From: a virus
Taxonomy: Duplodnaviria; Caudoviricetes
Strand: one strand, 5' to 3'
Virus record (IMG/VR): IMGVR_UViG_3300037851_001505
Coordinates: 1 to 38,381 of that record
DNA length: 38,381 nt
In this document: positions 22,164 to 30,074 of the stretch, in pieces
Position numbering within the stretch: the first letter of the stretch is position 1
Layout: every line of letters begins with the position of its first letter
Position numbers and translations under genes: made by a program
Notes under the pieces: model-generated
What the model was told of the DNA's origin: nothing
What the model saw: the letters and a program-made list of their open reading frames with translations, nothing else
Database searches by the model: none

Positions 22164-24437
22164 ATGAAACGAAAATTCAATGAACGCAGCGATGCCCAAC
22201 TCCTTTTGGAAAACGTAGAAGGCGGAAAGCGCATCAGAGCAACACAAGTGATCACCGCTGGGATTGTCAACGGCAATGCCCGGCGTTATCCAGCCAACGT
22301 GCTGACGGCGGCGGTGCAGGAACTGCGCACCCATCTGCATGAAAGCGCGGGGCAGGGGCGTATTGTTCAGGTCTTGGGCGAAGCGGAACATCCGTCTGAC
22401 AAGGCGAGCAAGCGACCAAACCTTTTGGAGACTGTCGTCCGTTGGGACGCAGTGGAGTTTGACGGGCAGACCGTCAGCCTGGGCGGAGTCATCCTGGGCA
22501 CTTCGAAGGGCAAAGACTTGCAAGCATTGCTGGAAGGCGGCGTTCTGCCGGGCGTGAGCCTGCGCGGATACGGTGAAACAAAATCCATCAAAGAGAATGG
22601 CAAGGCAATCGAAGAGGTCACGGCGTTGACGTTGACCGGATTTGATTTGGTGCTCGAACCATCGTTCGAGAGCGCTCAAGCCATGCTCGAATCCAAGACA
22701 TTCGACGAGGAGGTCGAAATGAATCTCGAAGAACTGAAGAAACTCTTGGCGGAAAACCCGGAGTTGTTCCAAGGCATCACCGAAGCGCAGTTGCAGGCGA
22801 TGTCCGAATCCCAACTGAAGAAGTTGGAAACGCAGATCCGCGAGGCGCTCGGCATTGACGCGAACGCGAATATTGTCGAGAGCCTGAAGCAGGCTCGCGC
22901 CGCGCAGGTGGAACTTGCTGAAACCAAGCGCAAGGCGAACGTCGAGAAAGCGATCGCGGAAGCGACCAAGGAACTCCCTTACGGCAAACTCAACACGCAG
23001 TTTGTGGAGGCGGTGAAATCTGCCAACCCGCAGGACGAAGCTGCAGTGAAGGCGATCATCGAGTCGAAACGCGCGGAATACGATGCCATCGCCGCAAGCT
23101 TGAAGCTCGAGGGCATGGGCTTCGTCACTGGCAAGAACATGCAGGTGCGCGGATCCGTGTTGGAGGGCGAGACCGGAACTCCGGAATTTGCGCGCGCCTC
23201 GTTCGAGCTGGCTGAGTCGTTGCGCCGTGTTGAAATGCATGCGCGGCGCGATCTGCGCAAGGCAGTATCGCCGAATGAAATCTTCACGGCGCTGTTGCTG
23301 GAGCGCTTCGACAAGATGTACCGTCAGCAGTTGATGGCGGAGAGCCGCTTGCTTCAGGAAGCAGAGACGGTCGGCGATCTGAGCCTGCCGTACAGCGTGA
23401 GCCGCGCGATCATCGAAGAGACGTTCCCGACGCTGGTTGCCACCGGCTTGATCGATGTTGGTCTGATGGATTCGCAGGTTGAGCGCATGTACTACGAAAC
23501 GTTCAGCGGCGAGACCGGATACACCGCGGCGATCACCGACGAGGCAGTGACCGCCGATCTCAATGAGTGGGTGGCTCTGGCGCATGCGCGTGTCACGCCC
23601 GGCTCGGTCGTGGTCACGAACAGCGGGGCAACGGTGACGTACACCGAGGGCACGGATTATGTAATCGACTATGCCAACGGCAAGATCAAAGCCATTGCCA
23701 CGATCACAGACGGTCAGTCGCTCAAGGTTGATTACGGATACACCGCGATCCGCAAGGGCGAGATGGCGGCGATCGAACGCGGCAAGTTGACTCTGGCGCA
23801 CAAGACGATCGAAGCGAAAGCCGATCGCCTTGCCGATCAGATCAGCCGCGAAGCCGTGGTGTTCGGTCGCTCCCAGCTTGGCTACGATGCTACCGCCCGC
23901 ACTCTGGCGAGCCTGTCCAAGCAGATCAAGCGCAAGATCGATCAGGGCATCCTGTATTCCGCGCTGGCGGCAGTTTTGTCCGTCGCCAACAACAGCGGCG
24001 GCTCGTGGGACGTGAGCGACTTGACCAAGCTTGATGACGCGGTCAGCTACATCGGCTTTGCCAAGGTGCTGGTCGCCAAGCGTTATTACGATCCGACCTT
24101 CATCTTGATGAGCGTCTCGAATGCCGATGCCCTGTCCAACTGGGACGGCTTCAAGCGCGATGGTTTCCCGACCGCATTGCTCAACTCTGCCGGGTTCGTC
24201 GGATCGGTCAAGGGTCTGCCTGTGTATGCGGCAACCGAATTCCCCGACACGCATGTGTTGATCGGCAACCGTCAGCTCGTCATGCATCGCGTGTTCCAGC
24301 CGTTGCAGTTCATGGGACCGTACCCGACCTATGACACGGACGGCAAGCTGATCGCCGCGAACCAGTACTACGGCGAAGAGTTTAACGCCACCGAAGCGCC
24401 AGTCGCTGAGAAGGGCGCGTACGTCAAGGTTGTGTAA
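22164..24437 (+). CDS. Prohead protease / scaffold / major capsid protein fusion
   Basis: NGNARRYP, LGEAEHP, GVSLRGYG, FDLVLEPS (T4 gp21-type protease motifs); acidic helical linker; HK97-fold-like C-terminus (GSVKGLPVY). Confidence 0.88.
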   Translation: MKRKFNERSDAQLLLENVEGGKRIRATQVITAGIVNGNARRYPANVLTAAVQELRTHLHESAGQGRIVQVLGEAEHPSDKASKRPNLLETVVRWDAVEFDGQTVSLGGVILGTSKGKDLQALLEGGVLPGVSLRGYGETKSIKENGKAIEEVTALTLTGFDLVLEPSFESAQAMLESKTFDEEVEMNLEELKKLLAENPELFQGITEAQLQAMSESQLKKLETQIREALGIDANANIVESLKQARAAQVELAETKRKANVEKAIAEATKELPYGKLNTQFVEAVKSANPQDEAAVKAIIESKRAEYDAIAASLKLEGMGFVTGKNMQVRGSVLEGETGTPEFARASFELAESLRRVEMHARRDLRKAVSPNEIFTALLLERFDKMYRQQLMAESRLLQEAETVGDLSLPYSVSRAIIEETFPTLVATGLIDVGLMDSQVERMYYETFSGETGYTAAITDEAVTADLNEWVALAHARVTPGSVVVTNSGATVTYTEGTDYVIDYANGKIKAIATITDGQSLKVDYGYTAIRKGEMAAIERGKLTLAHKTIEAKADRLADQISREAVVFGRSQLGYDATARTLASLSKQIKRKIDQGILYSALAAVLSVANNSGGSWDVSDLTKLDDAVSYIGFAKVLVAKRYYDPTFILMSVSNADALSNWDGFKRDGFPTALLNSAGFVGSVKGLPVYAATEFPDTHVLIGNRQLVMHRVFQPLQFMGPYPTYDTDGKLIAANQYYGEEFNATEAPVAEKGAYVKVV

Positions 24438-24448
24438 CCTGATCAACA

Positions 24449-24480
24449 ATCTTCCCCCGCTCGTAAGGGCGGGGGAAGAT
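24449..24480 (+). other. GNRA-capped hairpin after the capsid gene
   Basis: ATCTTCCCCCGCTC-GTAA-GGGCGGGGGAAGAT; no U-tract. Confidence 0.7.
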
Positions 24481-24491
24481 AAGGACAAACG

Positions 24492-25115
24492 ATGACGATC
24501 ACATTGGAAGAACTGACCGCGCGACTTGAAGAAGATGTGCCTGCGCGAAACAGCGTCCCGACAGCCACGCAATATGAACGTTGTGTGCGGGACGCGATCG
24601 AAGACTTTAGCGAACGCGCCGGGCGGACGAAGGTTGCCAGTTTGAATATTGTCGCAGGCACAGCGCAATATGAACTGCCAGATGATTTTCTGCGCCTCAT
24701 TGCTCTGGAGAGCATGGCAGGCGCGGACGGAGTCATTCTGTCGGCGAGCGGTATCATCCCTATGAGCGAAAGTTTCAATGAAACGTGGAATATCGTCAAC
24801 GGAAGCATCACGTTTTATCCAACACCAGCCTACACCGTGAGTCGTGACTATCAATACAAAGCGGGCTGGGTCGAAGGCGAGGGCGGGTATGAACTTAGCG
24901 AGCGCGAAGCTCGCATTGTGCTTTTGCATGCGGCGGCAAGCGCAATGACGCGCATTGCCAATGCGCTCTCCGGTGATGCCTGGCGGTACAGCATTGGCGA
25001 TGAGTCTGTCGATAAGACGAACCAAGCGGCGAGTCTTCGCGCACAGGCGCAGAAACTTGCAGAAGATTATTTGATCGCAGTTAACAGCTATGTCGGGGCG
25101 CAGGTGATCCGATGA
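24492..25115 (+). CDS. Head-tail adaptor-like protein
   Basis: Position after the capsid gene; YELPDDF and YSIGDESV motifs. Confidence 0.6.
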   Translation: MTITLEELTARLEEDVPARNSVPTATQYERCVRDAIEDFSERAGRTKVASLNIVAGTAQYELPDDFLRLIALESMAGADGVILSASGIIPMSESFNETWNIVNGSITFYPTPAYTVSRDYQYKAGWVEGEGGYELSEREARIVLLHAAASAMTRIANALSGDAWRYSIGDESVDKTNQAASLRAQAQKLAEDYLIAVNSYVGAQVIR

Positions 25116-25432
25116 TCGGTATCAATGATCGCTCCCAGATGCAATCTGATTTAAATGAAGTGCGCGGCGACCGAGAAGAGAGTGTCGCCTTGCGGCGCGG
25201 CGCGAACACGCTGGCGGAGCAGTCCGTGCGGATTGCCCGCGTGAGACAAGGTTTGCGATCCTCAAGCGGACAGGGCGGGGAGCGTCGGGCAGATGTGATT
25301 TTGCTGGGCGACGTTACGTTTGACGCGCAGGTGGATGATCGCTTTACGAGCGCGGGCGTTTTGTATCGCGTGAGTTTTATCCGACCGAACACAGACGCGG
25401 CTGTGATCGCGGAAGCGGTGGCAGTGCAATGA
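25112..25432 (+). CDS. Head-closure-like protein
   Basis: 106 aa beta-rich protein (DAQVDDRFTSAGVLYRV); position in the module. Confidence 0.55.
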   Translation: MIGINDRSQMQSDLNEVRGDREESVALRRGANTLAEQSVRIARVRQGLRSSSGQGGERRADVILLGDVTFDAQVDDRFTSAGVLYRVSFIRPNTDAAVIAEAVAVQ

Positions 25433-25854
25433 ACTTTCGGTGGATCACGCCTCCCGATCAGATGTCAAAAGCGCTTGAGCAATTTGCGAAGCGCGCGCTG
25501 GTGGCTGTCCGAGCGGTGGCGAGTTACTGGGCGCAGGGCGTTCAGAACGAGGCGCGTACTCAGGCGCGTTGGCAAGATCGCACAAGCAATGCCCGGAGCG
25601 GCATCTTTTATGCTGTGGACGGCTTCGATATGCCGCCGCTGGTGGGCGAAGTCAGCGTGCCGCGCAACTTGAAAAGCGATGTGGCGGTGGAAGCGGGTGA
25701 TGCAAACACGCTGATTGTCAGCGTGGCGCATACCGTGTTTTATGGCAAATATCTGGAAGTATCCAACGGCGGGCGGAACGCGATCATTATGAGCACGATC
25801 GAAAAGAACCTGCCGAAGCTGGAACAATTGGTTCAGGAAATATTCGCAGGGTAA
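25429..25854 (+). CDS. HK97 gp10-like tail-completion protein
   Basis: ARWQDRTSNARSGI and VFYGKYLE motifs. Confidence 0.7.
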   Translation: MNFRWITPPDQMSKALEQFAKRALVAVRAVASYWAQGVQNEARTQARWQDRTSNARSGIFYAVDGFDMPPLVGEVSVPRNLKSDVAVEAGDANTLIVSVAHTVFYGKYLEVSNGGRNAIIMSTIEKNLPKLEQLVQEIFAG

Positions 25855-25857
25855 CGT

Positions 25858-27138
25858 ATGGGAATCCGAGATTCAATCAATGCGCTTTTTCGTAACAAGC
25901 CCGTTTTGCAGACGACCGCGAATGCGCGGGAGAACGTTGCCGCGCAATCGACGATGGAAGTTTTGAATCGCTTTAAGGCGGAAAGCGAGCGGGCGCAGAT
26001 CATCAAGACTTGCAGGCAGATGTACAAAAGCGATCCTCGCGTCAAAAAGATGATGCGCTTGTTTGCGCGTGATTTGGTGCGGTCGGGTTTTCTGATCATC
26101 TCGAAACATGCGCAGGCAGTGGATGAGGCAAAGCGTCTGCAGAAGCGGCTCGATCTCAATCAGTGTGTTGAAGATTGGGTGCGCTTGACGGCGAGGGATG
26201 GCGATTCGTTTTTAGAAGTTGTTGTCAATGAAGCGTTGGATATTCAAACTGTGTCGCGCAAACCCACGCTCAAGATGCGGCGCAACTGCAATGCGCTGGA
26301 TGGTTTTGATAACGCGGAACGCGCTTTCTGGATGGCGGACGAGATCGCTGGCATGGTCCCGCCTGCGGATGCGATTTGGTTTGCAGAGTGGCAGATGATC
26401 CATGCGCGCTGGGAACATGATCCGGAAAACCGCTATGGAACACCGATGATGGAAAGCGCAATCATGGCGTACAAGCGGACGACCGAAGGCGAGACGGATG
26501 TGGCTGTGCGGCGCAAGACGCGCTCTGGTGTGCGTTACAACCATGTGTTGGAAGGCGCGAGCGAAGGCGATCTGAAAGCATACAAGGAACAGAATCACGC
26601 GGCGTTGGAGAATCCGTTCGCGGCGGTGTCCGACTTTTTCAGCAACCGCAAAGGCACCATCGAGGTGATCGAAGGGGACGGCAAGCTAGGCGAGATACAA
26701 GACATCCTGCATCACATCGCCACGATGTTCACAGCAGGCGACGTGCCGATGGAGTTGATTGCATACGGCGGCGAGCTGAACCGCGACATCTTGGGTGAGA
26801 AAAAAGCGGAGTATGCCGAAACGTTGGAGCAGGGCAGGGAATGGGTAACCAGCCAAATCTTGCGACCATTGCTCGAGCGGCAGTGGTTGTTGAAAGGCAT
26901 CCTGCCTGAGAGTGTAGATTACAACATCGAGTGGCGGCGAGCCAGCAACATGAGCGCCGCCGATATCCGCGACATTGCCGATGGCATTTCGCGCTTGCGT
27001 TTGCTGGGAGTGCGCGAAGACGTGTTGCGGACGTTGTTGGCGCGTTACCTGCCGGGCGTGGATGCTGAAGTGATGACCGACGATACAGCGATCGACACCG
27101 AGCGGTTCGCCGATATGTTGAAAGGGATCAGCATCTAA
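25858..27138 (+). CDS. Portal protein
   Basis: 426 aa; RDGDSFLEVV, MIHARW, RYGTPMMESA, GDVPMELI resemble portal motifs; followed by a minor head gene; no other portal candidate. Confidence 0.75.
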   Translation: MGIRDSINALFRNKPVLQTTANARENVAAQSTMEVLNRFKAESERAQIIKTCRQMYKSDPRVKKMMRLFARDLVRSGFLIISKHAQAVDEAKRLQKRLDLNQCVEDWVRLTARDGDSFLEVVVNEALDIQTVSRKPTLKMRRNCNALDGFDNAERAFWMADEIAGMVPPADAIWFAEWQMIHARWEHDPENRYGTPMMESAIMAYKRTTEGETDVAVRRKTRSGVRYNHVLEGASEGDLKAYKEQNHAALENPFAAVSDFFSNRKGTIEVIEGDGKLGEIQDILHHIATMFTAGDVPMELIAYGGELNRDILGEKKAEYAETLEQGREWVTSQILRPLLERQWLLKGILPESVDYNIEWRRASNMSAADIRDIADGISRLRLLGVREDVLRTLLARYLPGVDAEVMTDDTAIDTERFADMLKGISI

Positions 27139-28232
27139 TGACCAGCCTGAATACGATCCCGTTGACGAAGCTTGCTCAAGCGGAGGTTGCCGCCCTGGCG
27201 CGAATCCATTTGTGGACGACCAGCAAGACTCACGAGATGATGTTGCAGCTTGGCAAGGCGGCGCAAGTAGAACTGTTGCGCGGCGCACCTCAGGGAAGCA
27301 TGGATGGCGCGGATGGTTATCAAGTTCAACAGAGCCTGCTGAGGCTGTGGTCTGAAACGCATGAGCAATGGACAAAAATGTTCTTGAAGGCGCGTTTGCA
27401 GGCGGCGCGTTTGCCGTTTGCGTTATTGGCAGAGACACATCAACGTCTGATGAAACCGCTTGCGCTTGCTGAAGCAGTTGTGGATGGCGTGTTTGATCCA
27501 CAGATTCAGATTGTGCTGGATGCGGCTGGGCAGAAGATGTTCGACGATGGTCTCAATCTTTCCGGGCGGATTTGGAAACTGGATCGTGAGGCGCGGGCAG
27601 GCATACAGCAAGTGATCATGAACGGCGTGACGAATCAGTTAAGCGCGATGGATATGGCGCGGCAGTTGGAAGTCTTTCTGGGCGCAGGCGCGGACTGCCC
27701 GCGTTGGACATCGACGCGGTTGTATGGGATGACCAAGAAAGAAATTGCCAGCGGCGATCTGCGCGGATTGATGAGCGGCGAGGCTTGTGACGGGAGCGGC
27801 ATCTCGTATAACGCCCTGCGTTTGGCGCGCACGGAGATTCAAGCAGTGCATGCGATGGCAACCGACGCGCAATTGGCGATGAGCCCGTGGGTGGAGAAAG
27901 AACAGATCCATCTCTCAGCGGGACACCCTGAAGAAGATATCTGCGACGAGACGATCCGAAGCGGTGAAGAGGGCGCGGGAATTTATCCGGTTGGCACTGT
28001 GGCATTACCGCTTCATCCGAACTGCCTGTGCTACAAAACTGGCGTGACGATGAGTGAGAAAGATTTCATCCAGCAAATGAAGGGCTGGCTGAATGGCACG
28101 AGCGGCTGGGCAGAGATGGATGCCTATGCTGAAGGCATCGGCGGCGTTGATCGTGATTTGGGAAGCGCAACCCTCGCGCTGGGCGTGTGGTTGTTTGGCA
28201 ACAAAGATGAATTGGCAAAGGTGATGAGATGA
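27138..28232 (+). CDS. Minor head protein (SPP1 gp7/Mu gpF-like)
   Basis: NALRLARTE, DICDE and PLHPNCLC motifs. Confidence 0.85.
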   Translation: MTSLNTIPLTKLAQAEVAALARIHLWTTSKTHEMMLQLGKAAQVELLRGAPQGSMDGADGYQVQQSLLRLWSETHEQWTKMFLKARLQAARLPFALLAETHQRLMKPLALAEAVVDGVFDPQIQIVLDAAGQKMFDDGLNLSGRIWKLDREARAGIQQVIMNGVTNQLSAMDMARQLEVFLGAGADCPRWTSTRLYGMTKKEIASGDLRGLMSGEACDGSGISYNALRLARTEIQAVHAMATDAQLAMSPWVEKEQIHLSAGHPEEDICDETIRSGEEGAGIYPVGTVALPLHPNCLCYKTGVTMSEKDFIQQMKGWLNGTSGWAEMDAYAEGIGGVDRDLGSATLALGVWLFGNKDELAKVMR

Positions 28233-28642
28233 GCATTGTGACCATCATTCAGGAGATGATGCAAGGAAGCGCAGAACTTAGCGCATTGTTGACAGGCGGC
28301 ATTCATGCCGGAATTGCCGAAATCACAAGGCAGACTGCGCCGGGTGCGTTTGATGCGATTGGAGAAATAAAACCCTGTGCGTTGATTAAGACAAGCACAG
28401 AAACAAAACGCGGACCGTACTCCGGCTCGGTGCAGACGCCAGTCGAAATTTTCGTTTATCAGCGAGAGGGATATGACGTCATTGATGATGCAAGCGCGAT
28501 CCTTTTTGGCTTGCTGAACGGGGCAAAGCCCGAAGCAGGCATTTGGCGGATTGAATTCGATAGTCTGTCCGCAAACTTAGTTGATTCTGCGCTGGAGTGC
28601 AGTCTGGGTCTGGCGCGTTTCATTGCAATACGAATGCGATAG
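28229..28642 (+). CDS. Tail terminator-like protein
   Basis: 137 aa; position before the tail tube gene. Confidence 0.55.
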   Translation: MSIVTIIQEMMQGSAELSALLTGGIHAGIAEITRQTAPGAFDAIGEIKPCALIKTSTETKRGPYSGSVQTPVEIFVYQREGYDVIDDASAILFGLLNGAKPEAGIWRIEFDSLSANLVDSALECSLGLARFIAIRMR

Positions 28643-28653
28643 GAAGGAGGTCT

Positions 28654-28887
28654 ATGAAGATTAAATATGCGGGTCCCGCGACGGTGCGCGTGATCGATCC
28701 ATATCGCTGGTCGAAGGAGAATGGGTATGTGCAGGATGTGCCGAATGAAGTAGCGGCAGACTTGCTGACATCCCCAGACAATGAATTCAGGCTGGCAGAT
28801 GGCGAGAACGCAACAGCCGCGCAGGAAACGATCGAGAAAGTGATCGACAACATTCATCCCAAACGACGATCCAAGAAGACCAAGTAA
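28654..28887 (+). CDS. Hypothetical virion-region protein
   Basis: AAGGAGG RBS before ATG 28654; 77 aa. Confidence 0.7.
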   Translation: MKIKYAGPATVRVIDPYRWSKENGYVQDVPNEVAADLLTSPDNEFRLADGENATAAQETIEKVIDNIHPKRRSKKTK

Positions 28888-28898
28888 AGGAGAAGACT

Positions 28899-29420
28899 AT
28901 GGCATACGGAGATAAACCTTTTGGCATTCGCGACATCAAGCTCACCGACCTGGGCGGAAGCCCCACGCAGGTGGATTTGCCCGTCGCGCAGAAACTCAAA
29001 ATTGCACCGCGCATCAGCTCGAACGAGTTGAAGGGCGGCGACTCGCTGAAGTCGGTGGTTGCATTTGTTGAGGCGGCAGAATGGGAACTGGAAGCGGGCG
29101 GCATCAGCCTTGAAGCTCTCGCAAAGCTGATTGGCGGAACTGCAACCACCAGCGGAACCACACCGAACCGCACAACCACGCTCTCGGTCAAAGGCGGCAT
29201 GAACATGCCGTATGTGAAGATTTACGGCAAGGCGCTCGGCGAAGGCGCGGACGATATCCACTGCCTGATCTACAAGGCGAAGGTAACGGAGATAGATGGC
29301 GAGTTCGCCAACGGCGAGTTCTTCATCAGTTCGTGCAAGGGCATCGCGGTCGATGACGACACGAACGGCGTGTACGAATTCGTCCAGAACGAAACCGCAG
29401 ACGATCTGCCCGCCACTTAA
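28899..29420 (+). CDS. Major tail tube protein
   Basis: AAAGGAG RBS; 173 aa; followed by a hairpin, chaperones and the tape measure gene. Confidence 0.75.
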   Translation: MAYGDKPFGIRDIKLTDLGGSPTQVDLPVAQKLKIAPRISSNELKGGDSLKSVVAFVEAAEWELEAGGISLEALAKLIGGTATTSGTTPNRTTTLSVKGGMNMPYVKIYGKALGEGADDIHCLIYKAKVTEIDGEFANGEFFISSCKGIAVDDDTNGVYEFVQNETADDLPAT

Positions 29421-29434
29421 ACCGATCCTCATAC

Positions 29435-29460
29435 CGGGGCGGTGAGCGATCGCCGCCCCG
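29435..29460 (+). other. GNRA-capped hairpin after the tail tube gene
   Basis: CGGGGCGGTGA-GCGA-TCGCCGCCCCG; no U-tract. Confidence 0.65.
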
Positions 29461-29469
29461 CAGGAGAAC

Positions 29470-29835
29470 ATGATGAATTTACAGCAATGGCGCGAGAACA
29501 ACATCAAACCGCTGACGCTTCCATCCGGGCTGGATGTGAAAGTCCGCGAAGTGAAATTGCTTGATCTGGCATTCAACGGAAATATCCCGGTGACGCTGAA
29601 CGGCATGCTCGAGAGTTTGCTAAACAAGCCTGAAGTCAAAGCAGATGAACTCGCCAAGTTTGGCGAATTGGTGAACATGGTCGTGAAAGCGGCGATGATC
29701 GAACCCGCTGTAGCGGATGTTGCCGACGATACGCATGTTGCCGTCCAAGAATTGCCTGCCGAAGACAGGCTCCACATTTTCAACTGGGCGAACCGGGAGG
29801 CGACCCAGCTCACCCAGTTTCGCAACGAAGGATGA
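29470..29835 (+). CDS. Tail assembly chaperone (gpG-like)
   Basis: Between tube and tape measure genes; LTLPSG motif; AGGAG RBS. Confidence 0.75.
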   Translation: MMNLQQWRENNIKPLTLPSGLDVKVREVKLLDLAFNGNIPVTLNGMLESLLNKPEVKADELAKFGELVNMVVKAAMIEPAVADVADDTHVAVQELPAEDRLHIFNWANREATQLTQFRNEG

Positions 29836-30073
29836 GAACCTATATGCCTTGCATGCCTTGGGGCATATATATGGAAAGCGCCCGTCCGAAATTCTCGGCG
29901 TGGAAACGGAATGGGGCGCATATCAAATCGATGTTGTGACCCTGGTGCGCGGTATCCACTTTGAAAACAATCCGCGCAGTAAAGCGGCGAGCGGTTGGAG
30001 TGAGGACGATTTCAAATCTCCAAGAGGCAAAGCCATAAAGAAGGTCAAGGTCAAGAAAGACGGGACGTGGTGA
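29819..30073 (+). CDS. Tail assembly chaperone extension (gpT-like), probably reached by frameshift
   Basis: Open +1 frame from TTC at 29819 (FATKDENLYALHALGHIYGKRPSEILG) ending just before the tape measure gene. Confidence 0.6.
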   Translation, partial: FATKDENLYALHALGHIYGKRPSEILGVETEWGAYQIDVVTLVRGIHFENNPRSKAASGWSEDDFKSPRGKAIKKVKVKKDGTW

Positions 30074-30074
30074 T

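Noticed and set aside
21840-25025. 1061-aa minus-strand ORF
   Set aside because: Antisense shadow of terL, capsid and adaptor genes in GC-rich, codon-biased DNA; no recognisable motifs.
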